Shown here: piece by piece, positions 14,301 through 28,300 of the stretch | Layout of the letters: each line of letters begins with the position of its first letter | How positions within the stretch are numbered: the first letter of the stretch is position 1 | NCBI GenBank assembly: GCA_965649765.1 | Contig: OZ287748.1 | Location: 29,512,001 to 29,576,000 of the forward strand | From: Bispira polyomma | Taxonomy: Eukaryota | DNA length: 64,000 bases | Reading direction: 5' to 3' | Position numbers and translations under genes: made by a program | Notes under the pieces: generated by a model | Databases searched by the model: none | Told to the model about the DNA's origin: nothing | What the model saw: only the letters and a program-made list of their open reading frames with translations

Positions 14301-16617
14301 AAGTCTCCATTTAAAGCTAAGAATGTAAGGAATGTCATTCTACAGTTTGGAGTTAGACCACTATTAATTTTGTTATATGTTATCTTACAATAGACTTTTG
14401 CGCTAGACTAAAGCCCAGCCAAGTTCTGGCCCTACAAATCAAATATCAAATCAAACATCGATCATAGCCTGACATTACAGTTCAACAGGTTTGAGCTGTT
14501 TTTTTAGATATCTTGAAAAATATAGATGATTTCCTGTCAAATTAAAGATGACTGAACACTACAGAAAGGTCTTTAAACAGTTAGCTTCTGAAGATTTATC
14601 TTGGTGAAATACCTTTCGGAATGCATTTGAAATTTTTAGTTATGGTCAAGTAGTGGTTGGGTGACTTTTTTTAGATGTTTCTGTAAATTTAGCTCTGTGG
14701 TAGTTGTGTGTTATAACTGGCTCTTTTGTATAGACTCTGGACACAAGGCCCAGAATGCTGTGCTTATCTCATCTCATCCCATCATATTATAATATCTTAA
14801 TATCTTTTTCTAGAGCATGTGCTGCTCCTTATGTACACAAGATTGGCATGCATGCCATGAGTCACACAGGGATTACAATCTCTGGAATTCTACAGGAAAC
14901 ACTGGTCACATGATTATAGAACATAAGTAAGATGCCAAATATGGAAATCACATGATCAGGGATTTAGTAAGTTAAGCAAAAGTTGATGCATTGATTGGTC
15001 ATGTGATCAGAGCATTGCCTAATATGGTATTGGGAAGAGTCATGTGACTTGCCATGTTTATAAATTGTTTCCTGTGAATCACACACTCCTGAACTGGAGT
15101 GAGAGGAAGCTGTAAATATTTTCAGGTAATGTGACCTCATTACAATGTTGGAAGCTCATTCTCATAGCATCTCAACATCTTTACAAAATTTTACACAAGC
15201 ACATTAGAATTGGAGCTGTGTTTGAAGGACAAGTAACATAAACATCACATTGATAAAATCATGTACTTGTAGACAAAAGAGAACATTTCACTAAAATATG
15301 TAAGCTTGCATTCACTTATAAAAGTGTCTAGCTGTTGTTGTAAACCTAGATTTATAGTTTTTTTAATTTTAAGTTTTAATTTAAGTAAACGTATATCAGG
15401 ATACAAAGTACTACAATTGGTTCAACATTAGGATAAATTGTACAATTACTGAAAAAATGAAACTTCTATTTTTTCTACCATTTCCTTCCCTAATAGTAGT
15501 CATTTCCCTTTAATATCTGTGAATATTCACCCAAGTTAGATTGTTTACTACTTCTATGAATTTTGGTTGCAAGCTTATCCATTATGTTCGTTTCTACCTT
15601 AAATGCTCTATAACCAGTAAGCCACAAATACTAAAATCATGTTAAACTAGAGCTTGGGTACACAACATCTGCTTTTAAAGTAAAGCTTGGATTTAGGTAT
15701 AGAAGGTGCATAATAATGGAACATCTAAGAACACTTTACCAGGATTAGTCCGCCTAGTTCTAGAAGCAGAAGTATAAAAAGATAGATCAGGACTAAAATA
15801 CACAAAAAGACACAAAATCCACAAAACCCACAAGCAGACAAAACGGAAATGATACTGAAGTTTTTAAAATATTTTTTTAATAACTTTACTACAATGGCAA
15901 GACAATTGCACCAAATACCAATCCCTGAAGAACACTAAAAATCAACCTGAATAAATCTGAAATAACTGAACCGTTTTTGTTACTGATTGAGACCTGTTTG
16001 ACAGGTAAGATATAAACCAAAACAGAGCCAACATAACCAAATCTAGTTGACCGCTAACTAAGGAGTATATTATGATCAATGGTATCAAAGCAGAGAGATC
16101 AAGGAGACAGAGAGGTATAAATTCAGTGGAGTGGTCACTGTTACATGTATATGCTGACTAAAAATACTCATCAAGGTCATCTGACACTGGCCTATAGTTT
16201 TTAAGATCATCTTTTGCTAAGGTGAACAATGGAGGAGAATCATCTATTATCATTTGGTTAATATATATATATATATTGATCTAGTCTTATATGACAATTA
16301 ATGTAGGTCAAATTTCCACCCCTCTAATGGTATTCATTTAGTTATATTTCCTCATAATCTCTAAATATGTTGTTATATTAACGTGAAAATTTAGTTTATC
16401 TCTAAATGTACAGAAGAATATAAGTTATATTTTTCCCAATTTTACAATGCATTGAGTATAATTATTTGATAAAATGTTAAAAGAAAGATTTCTGTCATTA
16501 ACTTTTTTACCTTCACATTTTATACTTTGTTAGATGACTTTAATTTCTAATTAACTTATAACAGTAAAAGTTATAGGCCTTGTGCTGCCTTTTAAATTAT
16601 CTTTATTATTATTGTAT

Positions 16618-19600
16618 GACTATTTACATATGGCCGATATATAGATCTATATAAAACTAGACATGCTTGTATCTGTCAAATGAGACTCATTACCCAGGAT
16701 TTGTTTGGTATGTAAAGCCATCTTCGAATAACCAATATATTTACATCTCTTATACAACATCACCCACAGGCAAACCTGTGTGAAAGAAGTAAAAAACAAA
16801 GACATATGATGTTTAAGGTATTGTCAATGAAGCTGTATTAAAAATAGATCTGACACTGCCTGAGCTCAACTTACATGTATTTGGAAAACGGGTGCTAGAG
16901 CATATGTTTTCTGTCAAAATGTTCTGGTCCTTCAAAAACAATCTAGTTAATGAGAAAAGAGCTTTGCTTGGTGTATGCAGATGACTGTAATAAATGTCAT
17001 GTTTTTTTTAGATATTTAGATCATAAGGGCATACAAAGTGACATTTAGCTGTAGTTGATTTGCAGGACAAACCATCCATGAGAGACAGTAACATATTTGT
17101 ATTCTCTTTTCTGTAAACGATTTATCTGATTCGATCTAGTTAGTTAGGGTTTAATGTCACTTTCAGCACGCTTCGTGTCATATGATGACATACCAGAGGA
17201 TATATTAGAACAGGGTAGGTGGTCAAGGTGTTTTACTCTGCAAACTAGCAGCCTTCAGCACGTTTACTGCCAACTTGCTCACATACACCCAGGGCTGTTT
17301 GTACACTTGACTGCAGAGGTACAGGGAAGAGCCTAAATGTTGTGTAGAAATATGTCCTAAGCTGACTTAATCTGATTTACAACCACCATCGATCAAATAA
17401 CTACTTATATGTGTTGGAGTTCAACCATCATGACTATTTCCCAAACTTTATTTTCTCATTTTTCCTGCACTTTGAATTCTTTGAACTATTTTTTTTATTT
17501 CGACATGATCTTCATTTTGTGACATTCTAAAGAAAATACAATATTTTTGTATTGATGACCTTATTAGTACTTGTTTGACAGTTTGTTGTGTTATTTTATT
17601 CTTTTCATACCTCATAAAGAAATAAGGTAGAAGGTTACAAAGTACATTAAGCACATCTGTTTTAGCAGTTGAAACAAAGACTATTTCGATTTCAACAGCT
17701 TTTACTATTGTCAGGTTATTTGTGTGAATCGACAGTGTTGCCGATGAGGGATACTGTTTTATGTATTGTTTTGTTGTCTATGTATTCTAATTAGTACTCA
17801 ATATAACTATATCAGGTGTTAACTTCTAAAATAACAGATTAAAATTACTCCCCAAACAAATACATTTAGACATGTAAATACCTGCACAATCCCCTGTTAG
17901 AAAGGCAATCCTGGTTCTATTATCAAGCATTACATCTACAATTCAAAATAACTGTAACCAGCAAAGAAACAAATGATGCTGGTGTTGTGTAGGGATGGTT
18001 TTTGGACTATATATGTTACAAGCCTATCATAGTTTCATTCAATTTTTATGCAAATTAAGATAAGCATGAACTATTAGTGCTTCATTTCAAAAGGTGGGTA
18101 TTCAATATAAGATGATACTGCACATGTTACAATCTTATTGAGATATCTCATGAACAGAGCCCAGGATAATGACATGTCAAAGTGAAAATAATTACAGTAA
18201 ATATCCTGACACAACAAAAAATTATGTGTATCTGCCATATGCTTGATTTTGGTCCATATAATAAAGTAAATATATCTTGTGTAAGGGTAAGTCAACTTGT
18301 CAAAATGCAAATAATAAAAAGTATGTTATCTGTCGATACTTTAGCTCTGATGTTTATTCTGAGGTTGACTGTTTGGTATTAGGTTAATTCCATTAATGTA
18401 TCAAGAATATTTTTACTTTATGTATTGGATCTGACCCCTGTATATTTACAATAGTCTGTATTTGCATTTCACTTTCATTTTCAAAGTTATCTAGAACTTG
18501 TTTAGATCCTCACACATATTTTATTTTACTATCTAAATTTTATTTCGGTTAAATAAATAGCTTAACTTATAACATACAAAATATGAGGGTAATTTTTTCA
18601 TTGTTGTCTTATAATTGTATTTTGCATTCTCTAATGAAAGCTTGCTTCAAGTAATAACTACAACACGACACTCAGTTGCAATCAATATTTCTGGATAACT
18701 ATTTACCTGAATAGCTTCTTAATGTCTGCTTCTATTCTAATGTTTTCTTATAGATTGTATACAGATGATCAAACAATACATTTTACATGTAGCTTATAAA
18801 GGATGAGGCATTTACTTTCATATGTCAGCTTATTGTGCTTGTATAATGCTATCTGTACAATAAACAATGGTGCTATGACAGGAGAAAGCCATTTGATGCA
18901 TGCCATAAAATCATGAAACAATGTATGCTCATTAAGTGAAGTTAAAATATGGGACTGTATACAATTTTGAAATCTTACTGTTGTTGTTCTTATTGTTACT
19001 GATTCCAAAAGAACTTGTCGGAATCAATTATTTTTTATGTTGTTTTAGTAAAACATAGAAGACATTAGCAACAGCACTTTGCAAGAAAACCAAGTGTAGA
19101 AAAATCAATAATAAACGCATTGTTAACAACAAAAAGAATAAAGTGTTTTTTAATATAATAAAAAAAAAATGATTTATACAGGAAACATTGATGGTTTGTA
19201 TTTTAGCATATTACTCCAATGCAATTTACAGTATGTGCATGTATTTAACAAGCATTTCACTGCTGTAGGAATGTAAATTTAAATTTATTGGGGTTTTGTG
19301 TCACTTTTAACAATTTTGGTCATATTAGGAGGGCCAGATTTATTGGTAGAGGAAATCCAGTACTAGAAACCACAGACCCAAGGCAAGTATCTGGCAAAAT
19401 TTCCTATATGAAGGAGGCAGTGCATAAGTGACATGATGGCTATCTATATTTATCATCACACAAGTTAATTCTATTGCTTATTTTATTTAAATTCTTGCCT
19501 CAAGCAATATTATTGGCTGAAACTCTGGATTCAAGGAAACTGATTGGCTGGGCCTAATAATCTTTGTGTCCCACACTAATGTATTTCAATCCTATAGGAT

Positions 19601-20628
19601 AGTATCAAGTCATACAACGTCATACTGGTCGTCATCAGAAGGCAATGGTGTTTTCATGTCTTGTCCAAAAGGATGTTATTGCTAAATGACACTACTGTGG
19701 CATTATCAGAGGTTGAACCGGGACACTCTGGTCACCAGACAAATTCCCTAAACCACTAGGCTAGGACAGGCAACAGTTATCTGTTATTTTATGTATGACA
19801 TTTTTATTGGAGTTGTCAACACCCTCGCATCATCAAAACAAGATTTCAGGTGCAAAGTTTACACCATAGCGAAGTCATAAATAGGGGTATGGTGGGCAAG
19901 ACAAAATTAATTGTGGCATGTAATTTTGAACAGATGAGTCCAAATTTGACAGAAATAGTATGTGCTAGGGTTTACATCAACAAAAGATTTGGTCCATCAT
20001 TTGGGCGCTGCCACAGTAAAAGCATTAGGTTTTGATATTCCAAAAATATACAGTCTTCTTTTACCCTCCTAATAATATAAGTGATAGGGAGCCGAATAAG
20101 AAGGCTGTTGTTAGAATAATTGCCTTTTCATTGATGTCTTGTGTGGGCTTCGTGAGGAGTCTGTAACAGATAGCTCAGGATAATCATACAGCATATCATT
20201 GTGTTGTATTGTTGGCCTCCAATAATACATATTTAGAAAGAAAAATTACTTCTTTGACTTGAATTAAAAATTCTGTGAAACTTTTTTGACCGGAGGTGCG
20301 CCTTGTCCTTCTTGACTCGGCTCCCTCAGACAAGCACAGTAAGACATGGATTTGACTAAAAAACTTGTTTATTCCCCTATGAGATTCAAAGGCAACATGA
20401 AGTGACAATGGCCATTGTAACACCCCAGCAGCTGTAAGTTATAACACCAAACTCCTAACACGAAACATCTGCAGCATCACATGCAAACTGTAAACATGCA
20501 TCCACTGCATGCAAAACCCACTACAACGTCCTCACGTTCCAACAACAAACATCTCCAGTGGAAGTATTTGTCAAAAAACAATGACAAAAGTAAAAGACCG
20601 CCGTTTACTATGGAAGTATGTTGCTTTG
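16618..20628 (+). repeat. Local duplication, copy 1
   Basis: 16734-18575 matches 21574-23533, 20218-20628 matches 28746-29165, and 16618-16735 matches 21229-21346 in inverted orientation. Confidence 0.92.
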
Positions 20629-23600
20629 AACTATTACAAGCTGGTAAGTAAACCTGTTGTGCTCTATATTACATGGCTTTGGATATGAGCTGTCTTTTCT
20701 ATATATGGCTTATTTTAATTACCTCTTGTAGTTGGCTCAATGAAGCTTTTGTTTCAAATTCTGTCTTTCATTCTACCTATGATTAAGGTTTGGCCACCTA
20801 CCATCTATTTCAAAAAATTACATTGAAATAAAAAGCGTATAGAACTTTTGGTGGTGACATTTTACTATAAGTGAACAACATCACTTTAAATACTATGTAA
20901 ACAATATTGTTTATATGCAGCTTTCTGTTGGACAATTATGTAATATTTCTATCAGAATTATATTTTTCTGCTGGTAAAATGCATTACTGAAAGAACCAAA
21001 GATGTTAAATGATTTAGCCATAAATAATACAAAGATATGTAGTTCAACTGCTAACATTACTTTTAGTAAATATTTACTAGTATATTTACTAGTTTATTTA
21101 GTTATAAATATTACAAATTACTTTTATTTTTTTTTACTTCAAGTAAGCAACATTACTTTAAATACTATGTAAACAATAATGCTGATACAAAGCTTTATGT
21201 TGGACCTTTTTGTAATATTTCTATCAGAATTGGTTATTCTAAGATGGTTTTACATACCAAACAAATCCTGGGTAATGAGACTTATCTGACAGATACAAGC
21301 ATGTCTGGTTTTGTATAGATCTATATATCCTCCATATGTAAATAGTGATACAATAGTAAATATTTTACTAATAGTAACTTTAGAAATCAAACTAGTTTGG
21401 CAATTGTATATTAATTTGTAATATTTATTACTCAATAAACTAGTAAATTTACTAGTAAATATTTAACTACAAGTAACTTTGGCAGTTCAACTACATCTTT
21501 TTGAAGTATTTATAACTACATCATTTAACATCTTTGGTTCTTTCAGAAATGCATTTTACCAGAAGAAAAACATAATATATTTACATCTCTTATACAACAT
21601 AACCCATAGGCAAACCTGTGTGAAAGAAGTAGAAAAAACAAAGACCTATGATGCTTCAGGTATTGTCAATAAAGCTGTGTTAAAAATAGATCTGACACTT
21701 CCCGAGCTCAACTTACATGTATTTTGAAAACGGGTGCTAGAGCACATGTTTTCTGTCAAAATGTTCTTGTCCTTCAAGAACAATCAGTTTTTTTAGATAT
21801 TTAGATCATAAGGGTATACAAAGTGGCATTTAGCTGTAGTTGATTTGCAGGACAAACCGTCTATGAGAGACAGTAACATATTTGTATCCACTTTTCTTTA
21901 ACCGATTTATCTGATTCGTTCTAGTTAGTTAGGCTTTAATGTCACTTTCAGCACGCTTTGTGTCATATGATGACATACTAGGGGATATATTAGAACAGGG
22001 TAGGTGGTCAAGGTGTTTTACTCTGCAAACTAGCAGCAAGATTACTGCCAACTTTCTCATATACACCCCAGTGGGCTGTTTGCACCCTTGACTGCATAGG
22101 TTGGAGGTAGGTCTCACCACAGTAGCACTGAGGACCCAATTTATGAGATTAGAAAAACCCAACATATTAATGGATTTTTATGTCTTCCATTGACACTCAG
22201 TGTACAGATTCTTGTAAATGAGGACACAGTGTCAGGTCTTTATTAGGTTAGGAGTCCAAGAAACACAAAAAGTACTTTCGGTTAGCATTCATTTGAAAGA
22301 TTTTTATTTTGATAATTTTTTTTATAGAGAGATTAAATAAATTGCATCATTGTGTCAATCCAGGTGGAGCCTAAATGTTGTCCTAAGTTGACTTAATCTG
22401 ATTTACAACCACCATCCATCAAATACTGCTATTAACTAATTATATGTGTTGGAGTTTAATTATCATGACTAATTCCCAAATTTTATTTTCCCATTTTTCC
22501 TGCACTTTGAATTCTTACTATTTGCTTACTTGGACATGATCTTCATTTTGTGACATTCTTAAAAAAAATACAATACTTTTGTATTAATGACCTTATCAGT
22601 ACTTGTTTGACAATTTGTTTTTTCTGTTTTCTTTTCATACATCATAAAGAAATAAGGTAGAAGGTTACAAAGTACATTAAGCACATCTGTTTTACCAGTT
22701 AAAACAAAGACTATTTTGGTTTTAACAGCTTTTACCATTGTGAGGTTATTTGTGTGAATCAACAGTGCTGCTGATGAGGGATACTGTTTTATGTATTGTT
22801 TTGTTGTCTATGTATTCTAATATTCAATTAATACACAATATAATAATATCAGGTGTTAACTTCCAAAATAACTGATTAAAATCACTCCCCAAACAAATAC
22901 ATTTAAACATGTAAATACCTGCACAATCTTCTGTTATAATTAGAAAGGCAACCCTGGTTCTATTATGAAGCATTACATCTACAATTCAAATATAATGATA
23001 ACCAGGACACAAACGCATGTAGGGATGGTTATTGGACTATATCTGTTACAAGCCTATCATAGTTCCATTTCATGTTTATGCAAATTAGGATAACAAAAAA
23101 CTACTAGTTCTTCATTTTAAAAGGCGGGTTTTCAATATAAGTTGATAAAGCACATACTGCAATCTTGTTGAAGCATCTCATGAACAGTGCCCAGGAAGAA
23201 GATATGTTAAAGTAAAAATAGTTACAGTAAATATGCTGACACAACAAAACCTGATGTGTATCCCTCTTCCCCATGCTTAGTTTTGGTCCATACAATAAAG
23301 TTAATATATATATAAGGGTAAGTCAACTTGCCAAAATGAAAATGTTAAAAAGATATGTTCTCTGTCAATACTTCAGCTCTAATGTTTATTCTGAGATTAA
23401 CTGTTTGGTATTAGGTTAATTCACTTCATGTATTAAAAATATTTTTACTTTATGTATTGGATCTGACCTCAAACATATATTTTATACTATCTAAATTTCA
23501 TTTAGGTTAAGTAAATAGCTTAACTTATAACATTGGTAGGCAGCGCCCAGGTGCGGGCGATTTCAGTTCACAGGGTCCCAGTCTGAAAAAGCTAATTGAC

Positions 23601-23781
23601 CTTGTTGCGGTTTACTATAAAATACGGAAAATTTCAAATTCTCCCGCCTTTCTTATTTTCATGTACTAGGAACAACTTCGAAACAATAGGCTTGGCGGTT
23701 GACGGTTTAGATTTGAATTTGTTGTTTGTGCACTTGGATAGTTTAGTTATTTTAGTGTTTTAATTTCAAATTTTAACTATT

Positions 23782-24781
23782 ATGTTCACAATGCCAAGTA
23801 TTAAAGATTTTAGTTGTTTCAAGTGTGGTCGAAAACATGAAAGCCCAGTGGGTAGAAAATGTGCTTATTTTGTGGTGCTGAGGAATCCATGGCTGTTGCC
23901 GGCTCCAGTGATGCTTCTACCTCCTCTTCAGTTCAGGGCAATCCTATTTCTGGACAAATTCTGACACAATTGCAATCCATGGCTGAAATGATGGAGAGGA
24001 TGGACCAACGAGTACAGCTCACGGAGGCGGCGATAGCGGGAGACCTCACCAAAAATCAGTAGTAGCTCTCTTTCTGTCAATTCTATAGTCGAACCAAGTA
24101 TTAAAGGTACTTCCAGTAATAGTTTTATTCCTACTGTTGAATTTCTAAAGAAAAACTCGGCCATTCAGACACAAGTAGAATAGAGATTAGTTGAATTAAA
24201 AGCTTTAAACGAGAATCCGACCCAAGGTAAGCTTAAGCTTAAATCCCAACGAGAGGGGGGGGGGTACTGAAGTTATGGTTAAAAAATTAGTCGAATGGCC
24301 ACAAAATCATGTACTTTCTGGGAGTCTGAAACTTGTCCAAGTTATGACGACTTAACTCTTAATCAGTGGGTCTGTGGATTCACTAGAATAATTCAAGATG
24401 ATATTGGAATACATGGCTAATTTGATTGAATACTCCCAGGATTTTTCCTGGGAGTCAGCCAAAGTGTGTCATGCTGTCATTCTGTCCACGATGGAGGTGG
24501 ACAAGTTAAAGTGGACAGAGGTCGATAAGATAGATCGTCTAAGAAGGGCTCATGCCCAAAGGCATATTTCTAATAATACCAGCCAGGGAAACAGTAAAAC
24601 TGGTACTAAGACAACTGTCAGTGGTAAGCAAAATTCGGCAAACTGTAAATACTTCCAAGAAGGTACATGCAAGCACCAAAATAACTATAAAACTGGAAAT
24701 ACCTACTTCAAACATGTGTGTGAGGCGTGTGGAGGTAGCCACAAGAACTCGGCTTGCCATAAGAAGGGTTAAAAAAACTAA
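23782..24781 (+). pseudogene. gag-like ORF1 of element 1 (frameshifts and stops)
   Basis: N-terminal CxxC...H...C (CFKCGRKHESPVGRKC), a helical middle part, WPQNHV...DFSWESAK, and a C-terminal Cys/His finger CKYFQEGTC...HVCEACGGSH...C that matches the gag end of element 2. Confidence 0.75.
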
Positions 24782-24805
24782 AGGGCCACTGCAGCGATGC
24801 AGTGG
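24772..24805 (+). promoter_or_regulatory. Putative -1 ribosomal frameshift signal, element 1
   Basis: A_AAA_AAC in the gag frame, 7-nt spacer, CCACTGC-agcgat-GCAGTGG hairpin. The following ORF (24802) is in the -1 frame. Confidence 0.78.
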
Positions 24806-27254
24806 GCGAAAAAATTATAAAGCGAATTCTTAGACGCACTGTATATAGTAAAGATTTTCAATCATATCACTTGTTTGACAAGTCGGTGATTAAAAAGATG
24901 TGTACATATAATAGAGGTATAACAAGCCAGTGTAGTTACAGCGAAGTCGTGGTTAAACCGCGTAGTAGCAGTAAGTATATGAAAAGTAATGTATTACAAA
25001 GTGTACATAAAAATACCAGTACTAATCCTAACTTTGTAAAACAAAACTTGGGGTGCAAAGCTCTCCCAAGACATGTAAATAAAGCAACAATGGGGGCGAC
25101 CAGAGCTAGGCAAACACACAAGGTGAGAGTTAAAAAACCACAACCTATTGTCAAAACTCGGGTTCCTCTCTTTGTGAATAAAAGAGTGTAATTGATTTCA
25201 ACAAACAAAACAATCAGTGGCAGGCTGACACGGCTAATAGATTTAGTGTGCTTGGCCAGCTTGATACCTCCATTGTTGAGGGTGATAGGGACAACAATGA
25301 AAGTGAGTGTTTGCTGGTGCCTATTGTTACCAACACACTAGCCAGTGGGGGAAATGTTAGTACCAAGAATAGGTGCAGTATTTCTTGCAAGGGTAATTCC
25401 CCTACACAGGGCAGTATAATTGAACGAAAGGAAATGCATTCTATTAAAATAAGGTCTTCCTAGTGACAAGTATGCATTTGATTTAAAACAAAAGCAGAAC
25501 AAGCGCGAATTGTCAGAAAAGGCAAAATTAAATGAAACCCACATCAAATGGCGTGAACAAAACAAGGTCCACTATGGCTTTATCCCTTTGTCTACATTGG
25601 GTACAAAAATATGGGACAATAGTTCAGAAAATTTGGGTGTTGATATTCTAGAAATGCATAATTTGTTGCGACAAGATGGTAGACAAAATTTCAATTACCA
25701 GTAAATTCCCAGCTAAATCTTGATAGGTGGAAATAGTATTTGGGTGAATATTAGGATTGGCAGTTACCTCTGCCAATTAAATATGGCTTTCCTCTTGACG
25801 TGTATTAGCCAATCAGCGTGGCCCAATCACAAATCCGCTTTGGAATTCCCTGAACACGTCGATTTCTATTTGAAGGAAGAATGTGATTATGGTGCAATGC
25901 TCGGGCCATTTATGAACCCTCCAATCAAAAATCTGCATTTCTTACCAATGATGACACGCACAAAAACAACCTCGAGTAATAGGTGGGTCATCGTTGATCT
26001 GAACTGGCCGAAGGGCCAATCAGTTAACGCTGGTGCTTCACCCACCACATACTTGGGTACAGATTTTATATTATCTTATCATTCTATCGACAATCTAACA
26101 AATGAGGTACTAAAACTGGGGAGAGGTTGTAAAATATTCAAAATTGACGTTAGTGGGGCATTTAGACATGTGCCCATTGATCTTGGGGAGATTGATTTAT
26201 TAGGCCTGAAGTGGGGTTTTTATTTTATAGATAAGTCACTCCCATTCGGTTATCAGAATGGGCGTACTATCTGTCAGAGAATTTCAGATGCAGTTAGATA
26301 CATAATGTACTCCGAAGGTCATAATGTCCACAATTATTTGGATGATTTGTTATGCATCTCACTCCTGAGTAAAATCTACACAACTTACCAACGCTTGCAG
26401 GTACTGCTATCTGAATTAGGACTTACAGTCAGCAAGAAAAAATTAGTGCCTCCTAATACTGTGGTTATATGTCTGGGTATTAGTATCGATACTGTGAAAT
26501 TTACTACTTTATTCCTATTGAAAAATTGCAGGAAATTAAAAATATATGTGTCAGATGGAGAAGTAAAAAGTCTTGTACCAAGAAAGAACTTCAGTTTTTC
26601 CTAGGGTCTCTATTATATATGGCAAAATGTATTAGATATGCTAGAGTATATCTTAATTGAATGTTAGCCCTGTTGAGAGATAATCACAGCAACAATAGAT
26701 TTCCTTTTACTGAAGAATTTACCAGAGACCTTAGGTGGTTTATTACGTTTATAAATCAATTTAATGGAGATTCTTTCTTCAATCACAAACCTGTCAATGC
26801 AAAAATTGAGTTAGATGCCTGTTTGACAGGCATGGGGGGCATATACAAAAATCAAGTATACAAATTACCAGTCCCTACAAATATGTCTCATTATAATATT
26901 GCGGCACTGGAGATGCTAAATATATTGGTAGCCTTAAAATTGTGGGCTGAGGCCTGGCGTGGATTCCGAGTATTGTTCAAATGCGACAACCAAGCTGTGG
27001 TCAGTGTCCTGTAAACGGGGCGAACAAAAGATCCAATATTGGCTACTTATACTCGCAATATATACATGTGGGCCAGTCGTTTCGATATTGACATCAAAGT
27101 TGTACATATACTAGGCGTTGATAACAGTATAGCCGACTTATTGTCTAGGTGGCACAAAACCAAGAATAATGAAGAAATTTTAGCTACTTTGGCAGGTCCT
27201 ATAGTTTGGTTAGATACTGACCACACTTTATTGCAGGTGGATAATAATATATAG
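24778..27254 (+). pseudogene. pol (N-terminal extension, RT, RNase H) of element 1, disrupted
   Basis: RT motifs KIDVSGAFRHVP, LPFG, NYLDD, CLGI. RNase H motifs LDACLTGMGG, IAALEMLNI, CDNQAVV, NSIADLLSR. Split over several ORF-track fragments. Confidence 0.92.
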
Positions 27255-27284
27255 CATAAATACCTCCATTTTTATGTATTTCAG

Positions 27285-28300
27285 CAACAAATCCAATGGA
27301 TAGGATGCTCACAAAGATGGCTTGCCAGAGATTGCATTCAGCTTTCGCTGCTTCCACAGCTAAAGCCTATGAGAGCATGTACAGACTATTTCTGGCTTTT
27401 GGGGTATTCATGAAATGGACCTCCACCCAGGTGAACGTTTTCATCCTTCTTGCATATTTAGAATTCTTAAATTTTAATGCTGTATCACCCTCTCAGATTA
27501 CAAATCACTTGTCGACCATCAAAGCTAAATGCATCCTGTTCCATTTGAATGTTGATGTTTTTCTGATCCAAGAATTTCATATTTTACCAGAGCCTTGTTA
27601 GTAAATAGACCTTTGCAAGTGAAATTGAAATGTATTTTTGACATACCTCTGCTTAGTGTTGTAGTACAGAAGTGTGACTATATGTATATGGGTCATGTAT
27701 TCAAGGCTGTTTACCTTACCAGTTTCTTCAGTTTTTTGCGACTCTCAAATTTATCTCCTCATTCAGTAAAGGATTTTTCACCTCTCAAGCATCTCGCCAG
27801 CGGCGATATCATGTTCAAGCCTGGTTACGTAGTCCTACTGGTAAAATGGTCAAAAACAATGCAAACTAATGATGCTGTGCGACTTCTCACCTTACCAGCT
27901 TTGTCCAATTCTATTTTATATCCAGTCACAGCCTTGAAGAACTTGTTGGCCATTACTCCTGCTGGTTCAAATCTTCTTTTGTTTCAGTTTAAGCTTTCGG
28001 CTTCCTGGATCCCTCTTACTGACACCCTGGTCAGGCGCCATCTCAAAATTGTCTTACAGATGCTGGGCTTACAAAATTCAAACCTCACCTTCCATGCTTT
28101 TCGACGTTCAGGTGCCACCTTTGCTTTTAATAATAATGTCCGAATCAAAGATATTCAGAGGCATGGCACCTGGACGTCGGAGTGTGTGGAGATATGTTAC
28201 AGACTCAGCCAATGCTAGTTCTCAGGTAGCCGACGCTTTCTGTGCAGCCCTACGTACTGCTTCATGTTCTAGGTTTGGTGGTCTGCCATATCTTATGTGA
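27285..28300 (+). pseudogene. Tyrosine recombinase of element 1, frameshifted
   Basis: FFSFLRLSN (R), KWSKT (K), HAFRRSGAT (HxxR), HGTW and, after a frameshift, VWRY (catalytic Y). Confidence 0.92.

Larger units (their letters stand above)
24227..27284 (+). other. Putative 3058-nt intron joining 5' gag to the recombinase
   Basis: Donor CAAG|GTAAGC (phase 1 in gag) and acceptor tttttatgtatttcag| (phase 1 in the YR frame). A homologous acceptor lies at 42817 in element 2. Confidence 0.65.

Noticed and set aside
20580-20655. Plus-strand exon ending at ctg|gtaagt
   Set aside because: No recognisable coding content or partner exons, and the donor lies outside the duplicated part.
25720-28300. 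Prophage integrase, retron or DGR interpretation of RT plus tyrosine recombinase
   Set aside because: The gag finger, RT, RNase H, YR order and the split direct repeats in the sister element identify a DIRS-order retrotransposon.
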